NCBI GenBank assembly: GCA_965261545.1
Contig: CBDHDF010000007.1
Coordinates: forward strand, 288,001 to 352,000
DNA length: 64,000 nt
Source: Bdellovibrionales bacterium
GTDB taxonomy: Bacteria; Bdellovibrionota; Bdellovibrionia; Bdellovibrionales; UBA1609
Direction of reading: 5' to 3'
The position numbers and the translations under genes are program-made. Shown one piece after another: positions 1 to 9,845 of the stretch; within the stretch, counting starts at the first letter, position 1; every line of letters starts with the position of its first letter. Under the pieces are notes generated by a model. The model saw nothing but the letters and a program-made list of their open reading frames with translations, did not search any database and was not told where the DNA came from.

Positions 1-317
1 TGAGCTTGGGAAGCCAATAAATTTGGAGAACTAAAAAACTCCTTGATGATAAGTGATATCATCATCGACAATCTAGAAGTGGATAAAACACAACCGGGAG
101 GGGAGGGAGGCACCTTGACCTTGGAGTCCACAATAACAACGGCAACGCCGGCTTTCCAGCAAGGAGTCAACCACCGACTTTGGGGAATAAAACAAAGACC
201 TTTCCGCCGAGGCTCTTCCACGGACCATGGCCTCTCCGCCTCAAGGTCTAAGGCCCCCCCCACATGGGAAACAAACATTGGAAACTTATCAAGAATCTGT
301 TGTCCAGTAACTGCCAT
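1..317 (-). CDS. Partial CDS running off the window start, possibly an LpxD-like N-terminus
   Basis: Manual translation from ATG at 317: MAVTGQQILDKFPMFVSHVGGALDLEAERPWSVEEPRRKGLCFI...AVVIVD, open to the window edge; loosely resembles the LpxD uridine-binding N-domain. Confidence 0.4.
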   Translation of the reverse strand, partial: MAVTGQQILDKFPMFVSHVGGALDLEAERPWSVEEPRRKGLCFIPQSRWLTPCWKAGVAVVIVDSKVKVPPSPPGCVLSTSRLSMMISLIIKEFFSSPNLLASQA

Positions 318-489
318 GGCATATCTACTGACATATTCTTAGAAATTTACAAGAAATGATACGACGCATCTTCGAAGCTGACAAACTTATTCAAACTCAA
401 ATACTCAAACCAAGACTCACATGCGCAAGTCAAAGTTCACAAAAATCTAAGCATCAACGTCTCAAAAAAGTGTCTTGGAGCATAGAAAA

Positions 490-1137
490 CTATGGAGTGT
501 CGGGCTGCTTGCTAGGGGAGGCTTTTTGAAAAGCTTCCAACTCCATGCAATTTTCATAAACCCTTAAAAGGTGGGAGCGCTCCACAACACTCACCCCAAA
601 CCTTTGGGCTGCAAATACCTGGGGGATGACGAAGGCATCTGCCACCGTCACTTGTCCCCCGAGACAAAACGAACCAGCCGTGGTAGCAAGCTTTTCTTCA
701 AGAGCTCGAAGTCCTCGAGATATCCAAAATTGATGCCACTGGGCCACATCTTTTTCCTCCGCTTGAAATTGAGCCTTTAATTGTTTGGCAACTCCTAGGT
801 TTTGTAAGGGTTGAATACCACTATTGACAATTTCACATATTTCAATGGCCTGTGCACGATTCCATGGGTCCATAGGAAACAGGGGGGGCTGAGGCCACTT
901 TTGCTCCAAGTGGTCGATAATGGCCATGGATTGCCCTAGGGAACCTTGATCGTGAACCCAGCAGGGCACTTGAGCCATGGGGTTAAGACCTAAAAATTCT
1001 TGTTTGTGCTGCTGCCCCCCCTCCTTAAGGAGGTGAACCGAGCGATATTCAAAGTCAATATTTTTGAGGAATAAAACGATACGCACACGATAGGAGGCCG
1101 AACTGCGAAAGTAATTGTAAAAAATAGGCTCAGACAT
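490..1137 (-). CDS. maiA: Maleylacetoacetate isomerase (GST zeta class)
   Basis: YFRSSASYRVRI N-terminal motif, NPMAQVP, SGIQPLQN. Confidence 0.92.
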   Translation of the reverse strand: MSEPIFYNYFRSSASYRVRIVLFLKNIDFEYRSVHLLKEGGQQHKQEFLGLNPMAQVPCWVHDQGSLGQSMAIIDHLEQKWPQPPLFPMDPWNRAQAIEICEIVNSGIQPLQNLGVAKQLKAQFQAEEKDVAQWHQFWISRGLRALEEKLATTAGSFCLGGQVTVADAFVIPQVFAAQRFGVSVVERSHLLRVYENCMELEAFQKASPSKQPDTP

Positions 1138-1816
1138 TGTTTCCTTTATTTAGCTTTTTAAGGCGAGCACGAGCCTTCTGCGCTTCAGGATCCTTAGGGT
1201 GATTGTCTATGACTTCTTTATAAAAGAGTCGAGCATTGACCTTATTCCCCATCTCTTCAAAACATAGACCAATTTTGTAAGTAGCCAAAACATAGTGTTT
1301 ACCCTGGGGGTTCTTGGTTCTATATTTTCCAAATTCAAGGGCAGCCTCTTTCCAACGCTTGTTTTTAAAATGCTCCTTAGCAAGCTCTAAAGAACCTTTG
1401 GAAGGAACATTTTTTTTAGTCATTTCAGTAGCCAAGTTTTCCACAGCCTGTTCGAGAAACTTAATTCTAGCCCAAATCTCTTGATTATTATTAGAGTGCT
1501 GGTTTTGACTTTGAACTTGAGTATCTGCCCTTTGCTTGGTGGCCACCTCCACCGACTCAAGCCGACCTTGCATATGACGAGCCTGAGTTTCTAGGTCTTG
1601 AAATCGCAGGTTCAAACGAGATTCGCGCTGCTCCCAAATTTGGCGATCCCTATCTTCTTGAACCGTCTTTTCTAGCTTTTTTTGCTGCTCTCTTTCCTGC
1701 TTATGATGGGTCTCCTTCATTTTTTCCTCGGCACTAAGTTGGGAGCGAGTTCTTAAGCAACCCGCCAATGAAGTTGCCAACCAAAGCGATACCAAAAGAC
1801 ATAAAAACTTTTTCAT
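1130..1816 (-). CDS. Tol-Pal associated coiled-coil/TPR lipoprotein, CpoB(YbgF)-like
   Basis: Likely start MKKFLCLL at 1816 with lipobox LAGC; coiled coil followed by a C-terminal TPR; lies downstream of pal. Confidence 0.75.
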   Translation of the reverse strand: MKKFLCLLVSLWLATSLAGCLRTRSQLSAEEKMKETHHKQEREQQKKLEKTVQEDRDRQIWEQRESRLNLRFQDLETQARHMQGRLESVEVATKQRADTQVQSQNQHSNNNQEIWARIKFLEQAVENLATEMTKKNVPSKGSLELAKEHFKNKRWKEAALEFGKYRTKNPQGKHYVLATYKIGLCFEEMGNKVNARLFYKEVIDNHPKDPEAQKARARLKKLNKGNNV

Positions 1817-1820
1817 CTTG

Positions 1821-2240
1821 TCATGGCTCCTCGGGTAAAAAATCCCCCGATTTAAATTTCTTAACATGGGATTGATTCTCTGCTTTCTCAGCATATTCTC
1901 TCGCCTTGGTAAAGTGAATCCGAGATTTTTCACGCTCATTTTGATCAAAGTATCCTAGGCCCTTTTGATAGTGCCTCTCCGCTTTATCTAAAAAAGAGGG
2001 GGCCAGTTGGGATGCTCCCCCAGCCCGAGCGGACTCTATGGCTTTATGAGCCAATGTAAATTCTCTGAGAGGGCGAGGCCCTAAGACACAGCCAAGCCCT
2101 GCAATCCCTATCACCGCAATTCCAAAGACCAAACCAAGACCCATGGATGGTAAGACCTTTATCCCCCCTCTTCCAAAGAAGCTATTCGTACCTCTTCCTA
2201 GATACTTTCTTCCTAAGAGACTATTCGGAAATAGGAACAA
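1821..2240 (-). CDS. Small lipoprotein, DUF4398-like (true start probably further downstream, near 2144)
   Basis: Hydrophobic stretch plus GLGC lipobox, then A..AI..AR.AGA...AP...KAE helical pattern; between pal and the cpoB-like gene. Confidence 0.65.
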   Translation of the reverse strand: MFLFPNSLLGRKYLGRGTNSFFGRGGIKVLPSMGLGLVFGIAVIGIAGLGCVLGPRPLREFTLAHKAIESARAGGASQLAPSFLDKAERHYQKGLGYFDQNEREKSRIHFTKAREYAEKAENQSHVKKFKSGDFLPEEP

Positions 2241-2766
2241 AATTAGCGCGACGATTGGCCCGATGAGCTTCCTCCGAGTTTTCCGTTCTCAAAGGCTTTT
2301 CCTTTCCATAACTAAGCGTGGATAACTTAAGGGGGTCCACACCGAGGCTCACCAAGTAGTCCTTGACAGCCTCAGCCCTTCGATCTCCTAAAGCCAAGTT
2401 GTATTCACTGGACCCTCGATTGTCACAGTGGCCTTCCACTTGAACAAGAACAACGTTTTGAGATTGAATCCAACTCGCATTGTCCGCAAGAATTTGCCTC
2501 GCTGTGCTAGATAGCCTCGCTTGATCGTAGTCAAAGGTAATGCTCCTCAATCCTATAATGTCGCCACTATCACTTCCAAGCTCGGGAAAAGAGGGAAGTA
2601 TTGGAGCGGCCTCCGGAACACTTTCAAACATTTGTTCAGCGGAGGGATCTTCCTCAGCCTTTTTTTTGGTCGCACAAGACGAGGATATCATCATCGAAAG
2701 TGCTATCATAAAAATTGTCATACCTCGAAGCATAAGTTCTCCTTCCTTATTGTCGAATACACTCAA
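2221..2766 (-). CDS. pal: Peptidoglycan-associated lipoprotein Pal (OmpA C-terminal domain)
   Basis: FDYDQARL, VEGHCDNRGSSEYNLALGDRRA, SYGKEKP, NRRANF; lipobox SSC. Confidence 0.92.
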   Translation of the reverse strand: MSVFDNKEGELMLRGMTIFMIALSMMISSSCATKKKAEEDPSAEQMFESVPEAAPILPSFPELGSDSGDIIGLRSITFDYDQARLSSTARQILADNASWIQSQNVVLVQVEGHCDNRGSSEYNLALGDRRAEAVKDYLVSLGVDPLKLSTLSYGKEKPLRTENSEEAHRANRRANFVPISE

Positions 2767-2923
2767 TTCTTAACTAAAGAATAAAAAAATACAATAAAAA
2801 AATGTAAACCCCAATATTGGAATTGGGAAAATATCTTTATTGAGGAATATCTTTAGTTTTTTGTCAGCGACTGGCCTTTTTTGCACGTCAACACATAGTA
2901 TCATGTGACGAAACCCTGCTATG

Positions 2924-4133
2924 CTATTTTTTAATCTCAAAATCTCGAAGGGCACTTAAAACTTCGCGGCAATGCTCCACCCCCTTTGTCTCCAAAAGAA
3001 ACTGAATCACTGTCTCTCGCAAGTTTAAATGGCGTCCAATGCGATCATGCTCCACTTGAAGAATGTTCGCTCGATGGCGAGCAATGATATCTGTCAACTT
3101 GCTGAGAACCCCAGGAGAATCTGAAACCACCACAGAAAACCGTACAATTCTTCCAGCCTTTGCCAAACCGCGCTCAATGACCGAAGAAAGAAGATTCATA
3201 TCCAAGTTGCCTCCACTCAAAACAAGACAAGTTTTCTTCCCCAGCGACAACCCACCCTTCATCACGGCCGCCAATGAAAGAGCCCCCGACCCCTCCACCA
3301 CCGTTTTGGCCCTCTCAAGAAGATAGACCATGGCTGAAGCAATGGTTTCTTCATCCACCGAACAAACATCATCCACATACCTTTTTATAAATTGATTGTA
3401 CATCACGGAACTCGGCTCTTTGAGAGACGTTCCATCCGCAATGCTTGGCTTATAGGAGATCGACTCCAGGGATTTATTTTCCGATAGGGCCTTCATAGCA
3501 GAACAGTTCTCTGGGACCACGCCAATCACCTTGCAAGAGGGCATGGACTCTTTGATGGCGATAGCCACTCCTGAAATTAAGCCTCCGCCTCCAATGGGAA
3601 CCACAATAGAGTCCAGGGGCTCTCCTTTCATTTGATTCATGACTTCTAGCCCCAAGCTCCCTTGACCCGCAATAATATGGGGGTCCTCAAAGGGGTGGAT
3701 AAAAACATGCCCCCCCTCCTTGGACACCTCCAAGGCCCTTTTATAGCTTTCGTCGTAAATATCTCCGTGCAAAAGTACTTCGGCCCCATAACCTCTGGTC
3801 GCGGTTATTTTTACCAAAGGTGTCTGAAGAGGCATAACAATCTTTGAGTGAGCCCCCACATAGGTCATGCTATAAGCCACACCCTGGGCGTGATTCCCCG
3901 CTGAAGCCGCCACAATTCCCTGGGCTTTTTCCTTTTCTGTCAATGACAAAGCCTTATTCATGGCTCCACGAATCTTAAAAGCTACCTGTGATCTGGTGAT
4001 TTTCTTGCTTCAAAAAAACATCCACTCCCGCAAGCTTTGATCCATGGCGAGAATAGGTCAATGGCGTTTCACTAATGGCCGAAGCAATTCGCTCCCTAGC
4101 CTCCAAGATATCTTTAATAGTCACGTCTTTCAT
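2924..4133 (-). CDS. ilvA: Threonine ammonia-lyase with C-terminal ACT domain; apparent +1 frameshift near 3977-3980
   Basis: Start MKDVTIKDILEARERI at 4133; KQENHQITGSF then TTTT instead of TTT breaks GSFKIRGA; SAGNHAQG, PIGGGGL, SGGN and ACT domain downstream. Confidence 0.88.
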
Positions 4134-4150
4134 GGTATTGCAGGGCTCAC

Positions 4151-4429
4151 TTAAACCTCATTCCAATAAGCTGTCAAACCTTGAATGGGTCCATACCCTC
4201 CATGAGATTCCACATGAGATTCCACATTTTTCACACCTCCACTAATATCGGCGTGGTTTGTTGAGCGAGCCCTGGACTCATCCAGTGTAGGAACAAAACG
4301 CTCATCAAAATAGAAAAAGGGAATTAAAACTCGTCCACAGCAATGGCATGAACAAACAGCTTCATCAGATGATTGATTGGTAAACCCACATATGTGACAA
4401 CGACGAAAATATAAAGAGTGACTCATATT
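4151..4429 (-). CDS. Hypothetical zinc-ribbon protein
   Basis: CHIC...CHCC motifs; GGAGGA Shine-Dalgarno before MSHSLYFRRC. Confidence 0.6.
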   Translation of the reverse strand, partial: NMSHSLYFRRCHICGFTNQSSDEAVCSCHCCGRVLIPFFYFDERFVPTLDESRARSTNHADISGGVKNVESHVESHGGYGPIQGLTAYWNEV

Positions 4430-4921
4430 TCCTCCCTTAAGGGGAATGCAGATGATCTCGCCTAACATGAATAGTGACCTTGTCATTTAACTACCTTGTC
4501 ATTAATCTACATGAACTCAAGCTCCGGGACAATAGTCCATATTTGGTCAAGGGAGATATCAAGACCCCCGCAGCCTCTTTCCTGAAAATAAAGACGGATC
4601 TCTAAAAAAGAATGCTAAATAATAACAAGGACTTGGCGCGTCATATTAAATTCTATTCCCATGAACTTCCATAAAAATGTGTCTCGCAAAAACACATAAC
4701 TTTATTTGATATTTTCTCTTTTTTTTACACCACACCTCTTTCCATCTCTCCATGAAACACTCGACTTTAATAACTGCCACAACAAAACTCTGACACGATC
4801 ACTCCTTCGTCCCGTCAATGAAATGTCAAAATATCACTGGTCAAGGTCTCTTTTGCTGTTAAATTTTGGCACCCATCTTGCTAATTACACTCATGAGTGA
4901 TTCTCAATCAAGGAGTGAGTT

Positions 4922-5785
4922 GTGAACACTGACTTTTATCAAGGTTATGATCTGAACAAAGGGTCTCAAAAAAGCCATGGACCATGGATGGCCCATGCCC
5001 AGCTTCTCATAGAAGCCGGCGGTTATACGTGGGCCACCATTCTCCTAGAGGCTATTCTCAAAGAAAACCCCCACCACCAGCAAGCCCTAGAAAAAATCGC
5101 CCAATGTTCCATTCATTTAGCCAACAATTTGTATGAAAATGGAAAGAGAGACCTTGCCCTAAAGATTTACCTTGCCATCAAGGACTCCCTTCGCCGGGAG
5201 GAAATTTATCCTGTTTTAAAAAATATCGGAAATATTTACACTCAAATGAAAAATTTTGACCAAGCAAGAAAGCACTATGAAATGGCTCTCCATATTTGCC
5301 CCGCCTCAGACACCCTCATGATAAGCTTGGGCACCCTGTCCCTACAAACAGACCACTGGGAAGAAGCTATAGAATGGTTCCGAAAAGCTGTCCAATCCAA
5401 TAGTTATAACGATGACGCTTGGCTAGGTTTAGCTATCATCCACAACCATTGTGGAGACCTCGACCTCGCTTGGGCCAATTTAGAAAAAACTCTGGATATC
5501 AACCCTCTCCACGAACTGGCCCTTCATTTATATTTTGAATGGGGCATTGAAAATCAAAGGGAAAGAATTATTGAAGAAAAACTCCAGCGCCTCACCCAAA
5601 AAAATCCCCATCGAGATGATTTAAGAATTCTTCTTGCCAAAATCCAATTCTGCCTAGGGCATTTTGAAGAAGCACAAAACCATACAGATGTCTTCTTATC
5701 CCACAATCATGAACACCCCGCAGCCATGCAGTTGAAAGCATGGATTGAAAAACATGGAGACCACCAAAATGAAGACTATAAATGA
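4922..5785 (+). CDS. Tetratricopeptide repeat protein
   Basis: Several TPR units (KNIGNIY...A..HYE.AL..P; AWLGLA); AGGAG RBS. Confidence 0.85.
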   Translation: MNTDFYQGYDLNKGSQKSHGPWMAHAQLLIEAGGYTWATILLEAILKENPHHQQALEKIAQCSIHLANNLYENGKRDLALKIYLAIKDSLRREEIYPVLKNIGNIYTQMKNFDQARKHYEMALHICPASDTLMISLGTLSLQTDHWEEAIEWFRKAVQSNSYNDDAWLGLAIIHNHCGDLDLAWANLEKTLDINPLHELALHLYFEWGIENQRERIIEEKLQRLTQKNPHRDDLRILLAKIQFCLGHFEEAQNHTDVFLSHNHEHPAAMQLKAWIEKHGDHQNEDYK

Positions 5786-6041
5786 CCCCCACAGCGACCA
5801 AAGTTTTTTTTCCAATAAGGTGGTGGCCTTAAAACTAAGGCAGATCAATGACCGATTTATAATCGTCCCTACAAAAGATCACTCAAAGAACCACACCCAT
5901 TTATTGACCCATAGTTTATTGGCCCATAGAAAGTCTCAAATATCTCAACTTTGCCTTCTGCACTTCACTCGTGATAAAACCTTAGATATCAGTATCACCT
6001 ACGATCCTTGGAGCCATTGGCTCAATATTCAAGTGCTATAA
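5745..6041 (+). CDS. Hypothetical protein
   Basis: 98-aa ORF filling the gap between the TPR and kinase genes; no motif recognised. Confidence 0.35.
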   Translation: MKNMETTKMKTINDPHSDQSFFSNKVVALKLRQINDRFIIVPTKDHSKNHTHLLTHSLLAHRKSQISQLCLLHFTRDKTLDISITYDPWSHWLNIQVL

Positions 6042-6044
6042 ACC

Positions 6045-7331
6045 ATGAATGGTTCAACTCCTCCCCACCACCTTCTTCGGCCCTTTCTTCGCCAAAACCT
6101 CCCAGATAAGATCTTCTATGTTTGCCCCCAGAAATGGAACAACAACGACCCCAGTCATGGCGACAGTGATCCCGGTGGCAGCGCATCAAATCATGGTGGT
6201 GGCCACCCAAGCCATACAGAAGAAGACCTCGGTTGTTTACAAGAACTTAAAGGCTCTATCCACATGGTTTTTGGTCTCATGAACCTCCCCCCCCTTCTGC
6301 CTCCCTCAAACCCCACTCCTGTTGTTATTGAAGAGGGCTCTCTAACCACTCTAACCACGGCCCCACCACAACATGCCATCCATGCCCTCCATACCATCCT
6401 TCCCATTCCTTTGATCTCCATTCACCCCACCTTTATCAAACTAAGAAACCTGGAAAGACTCAAAGACATAGCCCCCATGGCTCCATGGGCGGGAGTCCTT
6501 CATAGCGGGATGTCCCCCAAGGAGGCTTTGCAGATCGTTACAGAAAAATCCCCCCACCTCTGGAATCCCTTGGAAATTTTTGGCCTTCCTGAAGAACAAA
6601 AAAATATTATTCAAAATGAAAAGATGGTCTCTATTGGACGCCTTACAAAGAATATGGCTCACCACCTACAACAACCCCTTGAGCAAATAGACTCCCTTTG
6701 CCAACAGTGGCTTAAAAGATGCCAAGATGGTTCCACGACCTTCCCCACCCTGGAGTCTGATCTCAAGGAGGTCCAAAAAGCCAATCAGCGTATTCAGAAA
6801 ATAATTGAAAACCTACTCAAATTTATCAAAAGCCCAAACCACCACCTCGAAATTCATTCCTTAAGTCAACTCGTTCAAGATACTTTACCCATCCTAGATC
6901 CCTTGCTCAAACCTTTCCACTGTCACTTGGAAATAGACAAGACAAAAAAAGACACCCTATGGGTTCAACCAGACTTATTCAAACAAGTTATTTTTAACCT
7001 TGTTCACAATGCCTGCCAGGCCTCCCAGGTGGGAAGTTCATTGCACATAAGAACAAGTCAACCCTGCCCCCAGTGGCTTTACTTAGAAATTCAAGATTTT
7101 GGATCAGGCATTCCCCATGACCAACAGCTTAAAATCTTTCACCCCTTCTTTACCACAAAGAACCAAGGTCAAGGCACGGGACTGGGACTGAGTATTAGCA
7201 AAAAGATTGTTGAAAGCTTTCACGGAAAAATTCATGTGCAAAGCACTGTCGGTCAAGGCACCACTTTTCAAGTTCAACTCCCCTCTCAAGAACACTCCCC
7301 CCTATCTCCAAAGAAAGGACGCCAACCATGA
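6045..7331 (+). CDS. Sensor histidine kinase (NtrB-like HisKA plus HATPase)
   Basis: MAHHLQQPL H-box, QVIFNLVHNA, IQDFGSGI, FHPFFTTK, GTGLGL. Confidence 0.85.
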   Translation: MNGSTPPHHLLRPFLRQNLPDKIFYVCPQKWNNNDPSHGDSDPGGSASNHGGGHPSHTEEDLGCLQELKGSIHMVFGLMNLPPLLPPSNPTPVVIEEGSLTTLTTAPPQHAIHALHTILPIPLISIHPTFIKLRNLERLKDIAPMAPWAGVLHSGMSPKEALQIVTEKSPHLWNPLEIFGLPEEQKNIIQNEKMVSIGRLTKNMAHHLQQPLEQIDSLCQQWLKRCQDGSTTFPTLESDLKEVQKANQRIQKIIENLLKFIKSPNHHLEIHSLSQLVQDTLPILDPLLKPFHCHLEIDKTKKDTLWVQPDLFKQVIFNLVHNACQASQVGSSLHIRTSQPCPQWLYLEIQDFGSGIPHDQQLKIFHPFFTTKNQGQGTGLGLSISKKIVESFHGKIHVQSTVGQGTTFQVQLPSQEHSPLSPKKGRQP

Positions 7332-7876
7332 GAGTCATCTCTGGTCATTTTAAAGGACGTCGTCTGGCCTCCTTTAAATACAAACATATAAGGCCCACCA
7401 CAGATATGGTCAAAGAAGGAATTTTTAATCGTTTGTCCTCCACCATCCAGGGAGCAAGAGTGTTGGATCTCTTCTCTGGCACGGGAAGCCTCAGTATTGA
7501 AGCTCTTTCCCGGGGAGCTAAGGAAGTTGTCGCCATTGAAAAACATCCCCAATCCCTCAAGGTCATTCACGAAAACATCCAACAACTAGGCATTCAAAGT
7601 GAAGTGAAAGTGATTCGAGAGGATGTTATGAAATTCCTAAAAAAATATAGGGGAAATAAATTTGACCTTATTCTGATAGACCCTCCATTCACTCAAAAAA
7701 TAGCACACGATATTATGGTGGTCCTCTCTCTCTCCCAGATCTTCCATGAAAAGAGTTTTGTAGCCATTGAGTCAGGTCGCCACGAAAGGTTGGATGAAGC
7801 CTATGGGGTGTTTGAACTCTCGGCCCAAAAGAGTTATGGTGATAAAAAGGCTTCATTTTTTAGTCCGCCCCGCTGA
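7328..7876 (+). CDS. rsmD: 16S rRNA (guanine966-N2)-methyltransferase
   Basis: MRVISG.FKGR, RPTTD, LDLFSGTGSLSIEALSRGA, DPPF. Confidence 0.95.
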   Translation: MRVISGHFKGRRLASFKYKHIRPTTDMVKEGIFNRLSSTIQGARVLDLFSGTGSLSIEALSRGAKEVVAIEKHPQSLKVIHENIQQLGIQSEVKVIREDVMKFLKKYRGNKFDLILIDPPFTQKIAHDIMVVLSLSQIFHEKSFVAIESGRHERLDEAYGVFELSAQKSYGDKKASFFSPPR

Positions 7877-7896
7877 ATATAAAGAGGAGATTTCGT

Positions 7897-8391
7897 TTGT
7901 CCACAGCCGTTTATCCAGGGAGTTTTGACCCCATCACCTTGGGACATCTTGATATCATCCAACGCCTTTGCTCACACTATGATAAAATTGTCATCCTCAT
8001 TGCAAACAACCCTCAAAAAACATATCTTTTTTCCCTCACAGAAAGAGTTCAATTAGCACGAGATAGCCTCAAAGAAAAAAAAATTGAAAATATAAAACCG
8101 GATACATTCCAAGGACTCACAGTGAATTATGCCAAAATCATAGGAGCCTCGGTCATCGTTCGAGGAATTCGATCTGTCACTGACTTTGAGTATGAAATGG
8201 CCATGTCCCACATGAACAAAAAACTTTGTCCCGAAGTAGAAACCATGATGATCTTTGCAAGTCCTGATCTCAACTGCCTTTCTTCAAAAATGGTGAAAGA
8301 GGTTGCCATCTTCGGGGGACGGCTGCAAGACTTAGTTCCCACCAATGTGGCCGAAGCTCTATCCCAAAAAAAAAAGATGAGTAGAGCTTGA
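7897..8391 (+). CDS. coaD: Pantetheine-phosphate adenylyltransferase
   Basis: YPGSFDPITLGHLDII, RGIRSVTDFEYE, SSKMVKEVA. Confidence 0.96.
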   Translation: MSTAVYPGSFDPITLGHLDIIQRLCSHYDKIVILIANNPQKTYLFSLTERVQLARDSLKEKKIENIKPDTFQGLTVNYAKIIGASVIVRGIRSVTDFEYEMAMSHMNKKLCPEVETMMIFASPDLNCLSSKMVKEVAIFGGRLQDLVPTNVAEALSQKKKMSRA

Positions 8392-8400
8392 GAAGAATTT

Positions 8401-9636
8401 ATGAAAGAGGATAAAAATATAGCGAAAGAAAATGCAGCCATAGAAATCATGATTTCAAAAAGAGTGAGAGCGCTTCCAGAGTCGCCCACCTTGGCCTTAG
8501 CAGCCAAAGCCAAGGAACTCAAATCCGAGGGAAAAGACGTCATCTCCCTCGCCGTGGGAGAGCCCGATTGGGGCACCTTGGAATCCGCCAAAGTGGCAGG
8601 AAAAATGGCCATTGACCAAAATATGACGAAATACACACCCGCCAGTGGAATGAAAGAACTGCGAGAGGCCATCGCTCAACAGGCAAGTGCCCAGTACAAT
8701 ATGAACTTTAATTTCCAGCAAGTCACCATTTCCTCGGGCGCCAAATTTATGATCTACAGTGCCTTAAGCAGCATTCTCAACCCTGGCGATGAGGCCCTCA
8801 TTCCCACGCCCTTTTGGGCGAGTTACCCTTCCATCGTTCAACTTGCCGGTGGCCTTCCCAAATTCATTTCCACAACATCTAAAAATCGATTTAAAATAAC
8901 ACCTCAGGAATTAAACAAGGCCATCACACCACAAACAAAAGTCTTCATGTTTAACAGCCCCAGCAATCCCACAGGACAAATATATACAAAACGAGAACTC
9001 CAAGCCCTCGTCGATATTTTAGTTCAACACCCCCATATCATCATACTAAGTGATGATATCTACAGTCGACTTATCTTTACAGAGGATCACTGCGCTCCTC
9101 ACTTTTTGCAAATAGACCAAGGGCTTGCTCCTCGCCTCATTATTGTCAACGGAGCCTCCAAGTCTTTTGCCATGACAGGCTGGAGAATGGGTTGGGCCCT
9201 TGGCCCTCTGGAAATCATTCAAGCCATGGGGCGCTTTCAAAGCCAAGCCACCGGCTGCGCAAGCTCTATTTCCCAAGCCGCCACACTGGGTGCTTTAAAA
9301 AATTCAGATGAAGAATTTAAAAGGGTTTTAGTGGAATTAAAAGACAAAATGGCTTATGCAGTGCAAGCTTTTTCCCAGATTCATGGCCTCTCCCTGGAAG
9401 AACCTGAAGGAGCTTTTTACCTGTGGGTGGATATCCACTCCTACCTGAGTCCATCTTCTAAAAAATACACCTTTCAAGATTCCCGTGAATTTGCCTCCGA
9501 ACTTTTAAAGAGTCAATCTGTAGTGGTCGTGCCTGGAGCTGACTTTGGACAAGAGGGATTTATAAGGGTGAGCTTTGCCGTGGAAAAACAAAAAATCTCC
9601 CAAGCAGCCTCACGTATCCAAGCATTTCTCAAGTGA
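8401..9636 (+). CDS. PLP-dependent aminotransferase class I/II (aspartate aminotransferase-like)
   Basis: GEPD, NSPSNPTG, SDDIY, SKSFAMTGWRMG. Confidence 0.93.
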   Translation: MKEDKNIAKENAAIEIMISKRVRALPESPTLALAAKAKELKSEGKDVISLAVGEPDWGTLESAKVAGKMAIDQNMTKYTPASGMKELREAIAQQASAQYNMNFNFQQVTISSGAKFMIYSALSSILNPGDEALIPTPFWASYPSIVQLAGGLPKFISTTSKNRFKITPQELNKAITPQTKVFMFNSPSNPTGQIYTKRELQALVDILVQHPHIIILSDDIYSRLIFTEDHCAPHFLQIDQGLAPRLIIVNGASKSFAMTGWRMGWALGPLEIIQAMGRFQSQATGCASSISQAATLGALKNSDEEFKRVLVELKDKMAYAVQAFSQIHGLSLEEPEGAFYLWVDIHSYLSPSSKKYTFQDSREFASELLKSQSVVVVPGADFGQEGFIRVSFAVEKQKISQAASRIQAFLK

Positions 9637-9845
9637 AACATTTCTCAAGCGAAACAGAAAAATCGCAACCATCAACTGTCGCACTCTCATTGCGCAGCAC
9701 ATTATATCTCACGCACACCATTTTGACAGGCACCGCCTCTATTTGACATAATCTTTGACATAGTCAAAGGCAGGAGGCCACGGCTGGCCTTTTTTGATCA
9801 CATAACTTTAATGACATACTTTGATCACATACCAAGGAGGGATCT

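Noticed and set aside
43..342. 99-aa plus-strand ORF
   Set aside because: Shadow of the minus-strand partial gene that continues the orientation of the maiA block.
8127..8672. Long antisense ORFs over coaD/aminotransferase (similar ones at 35589-36152 and 46359-46922)
   Set aside because: Shadows of well-supported genes on the opposite strand.
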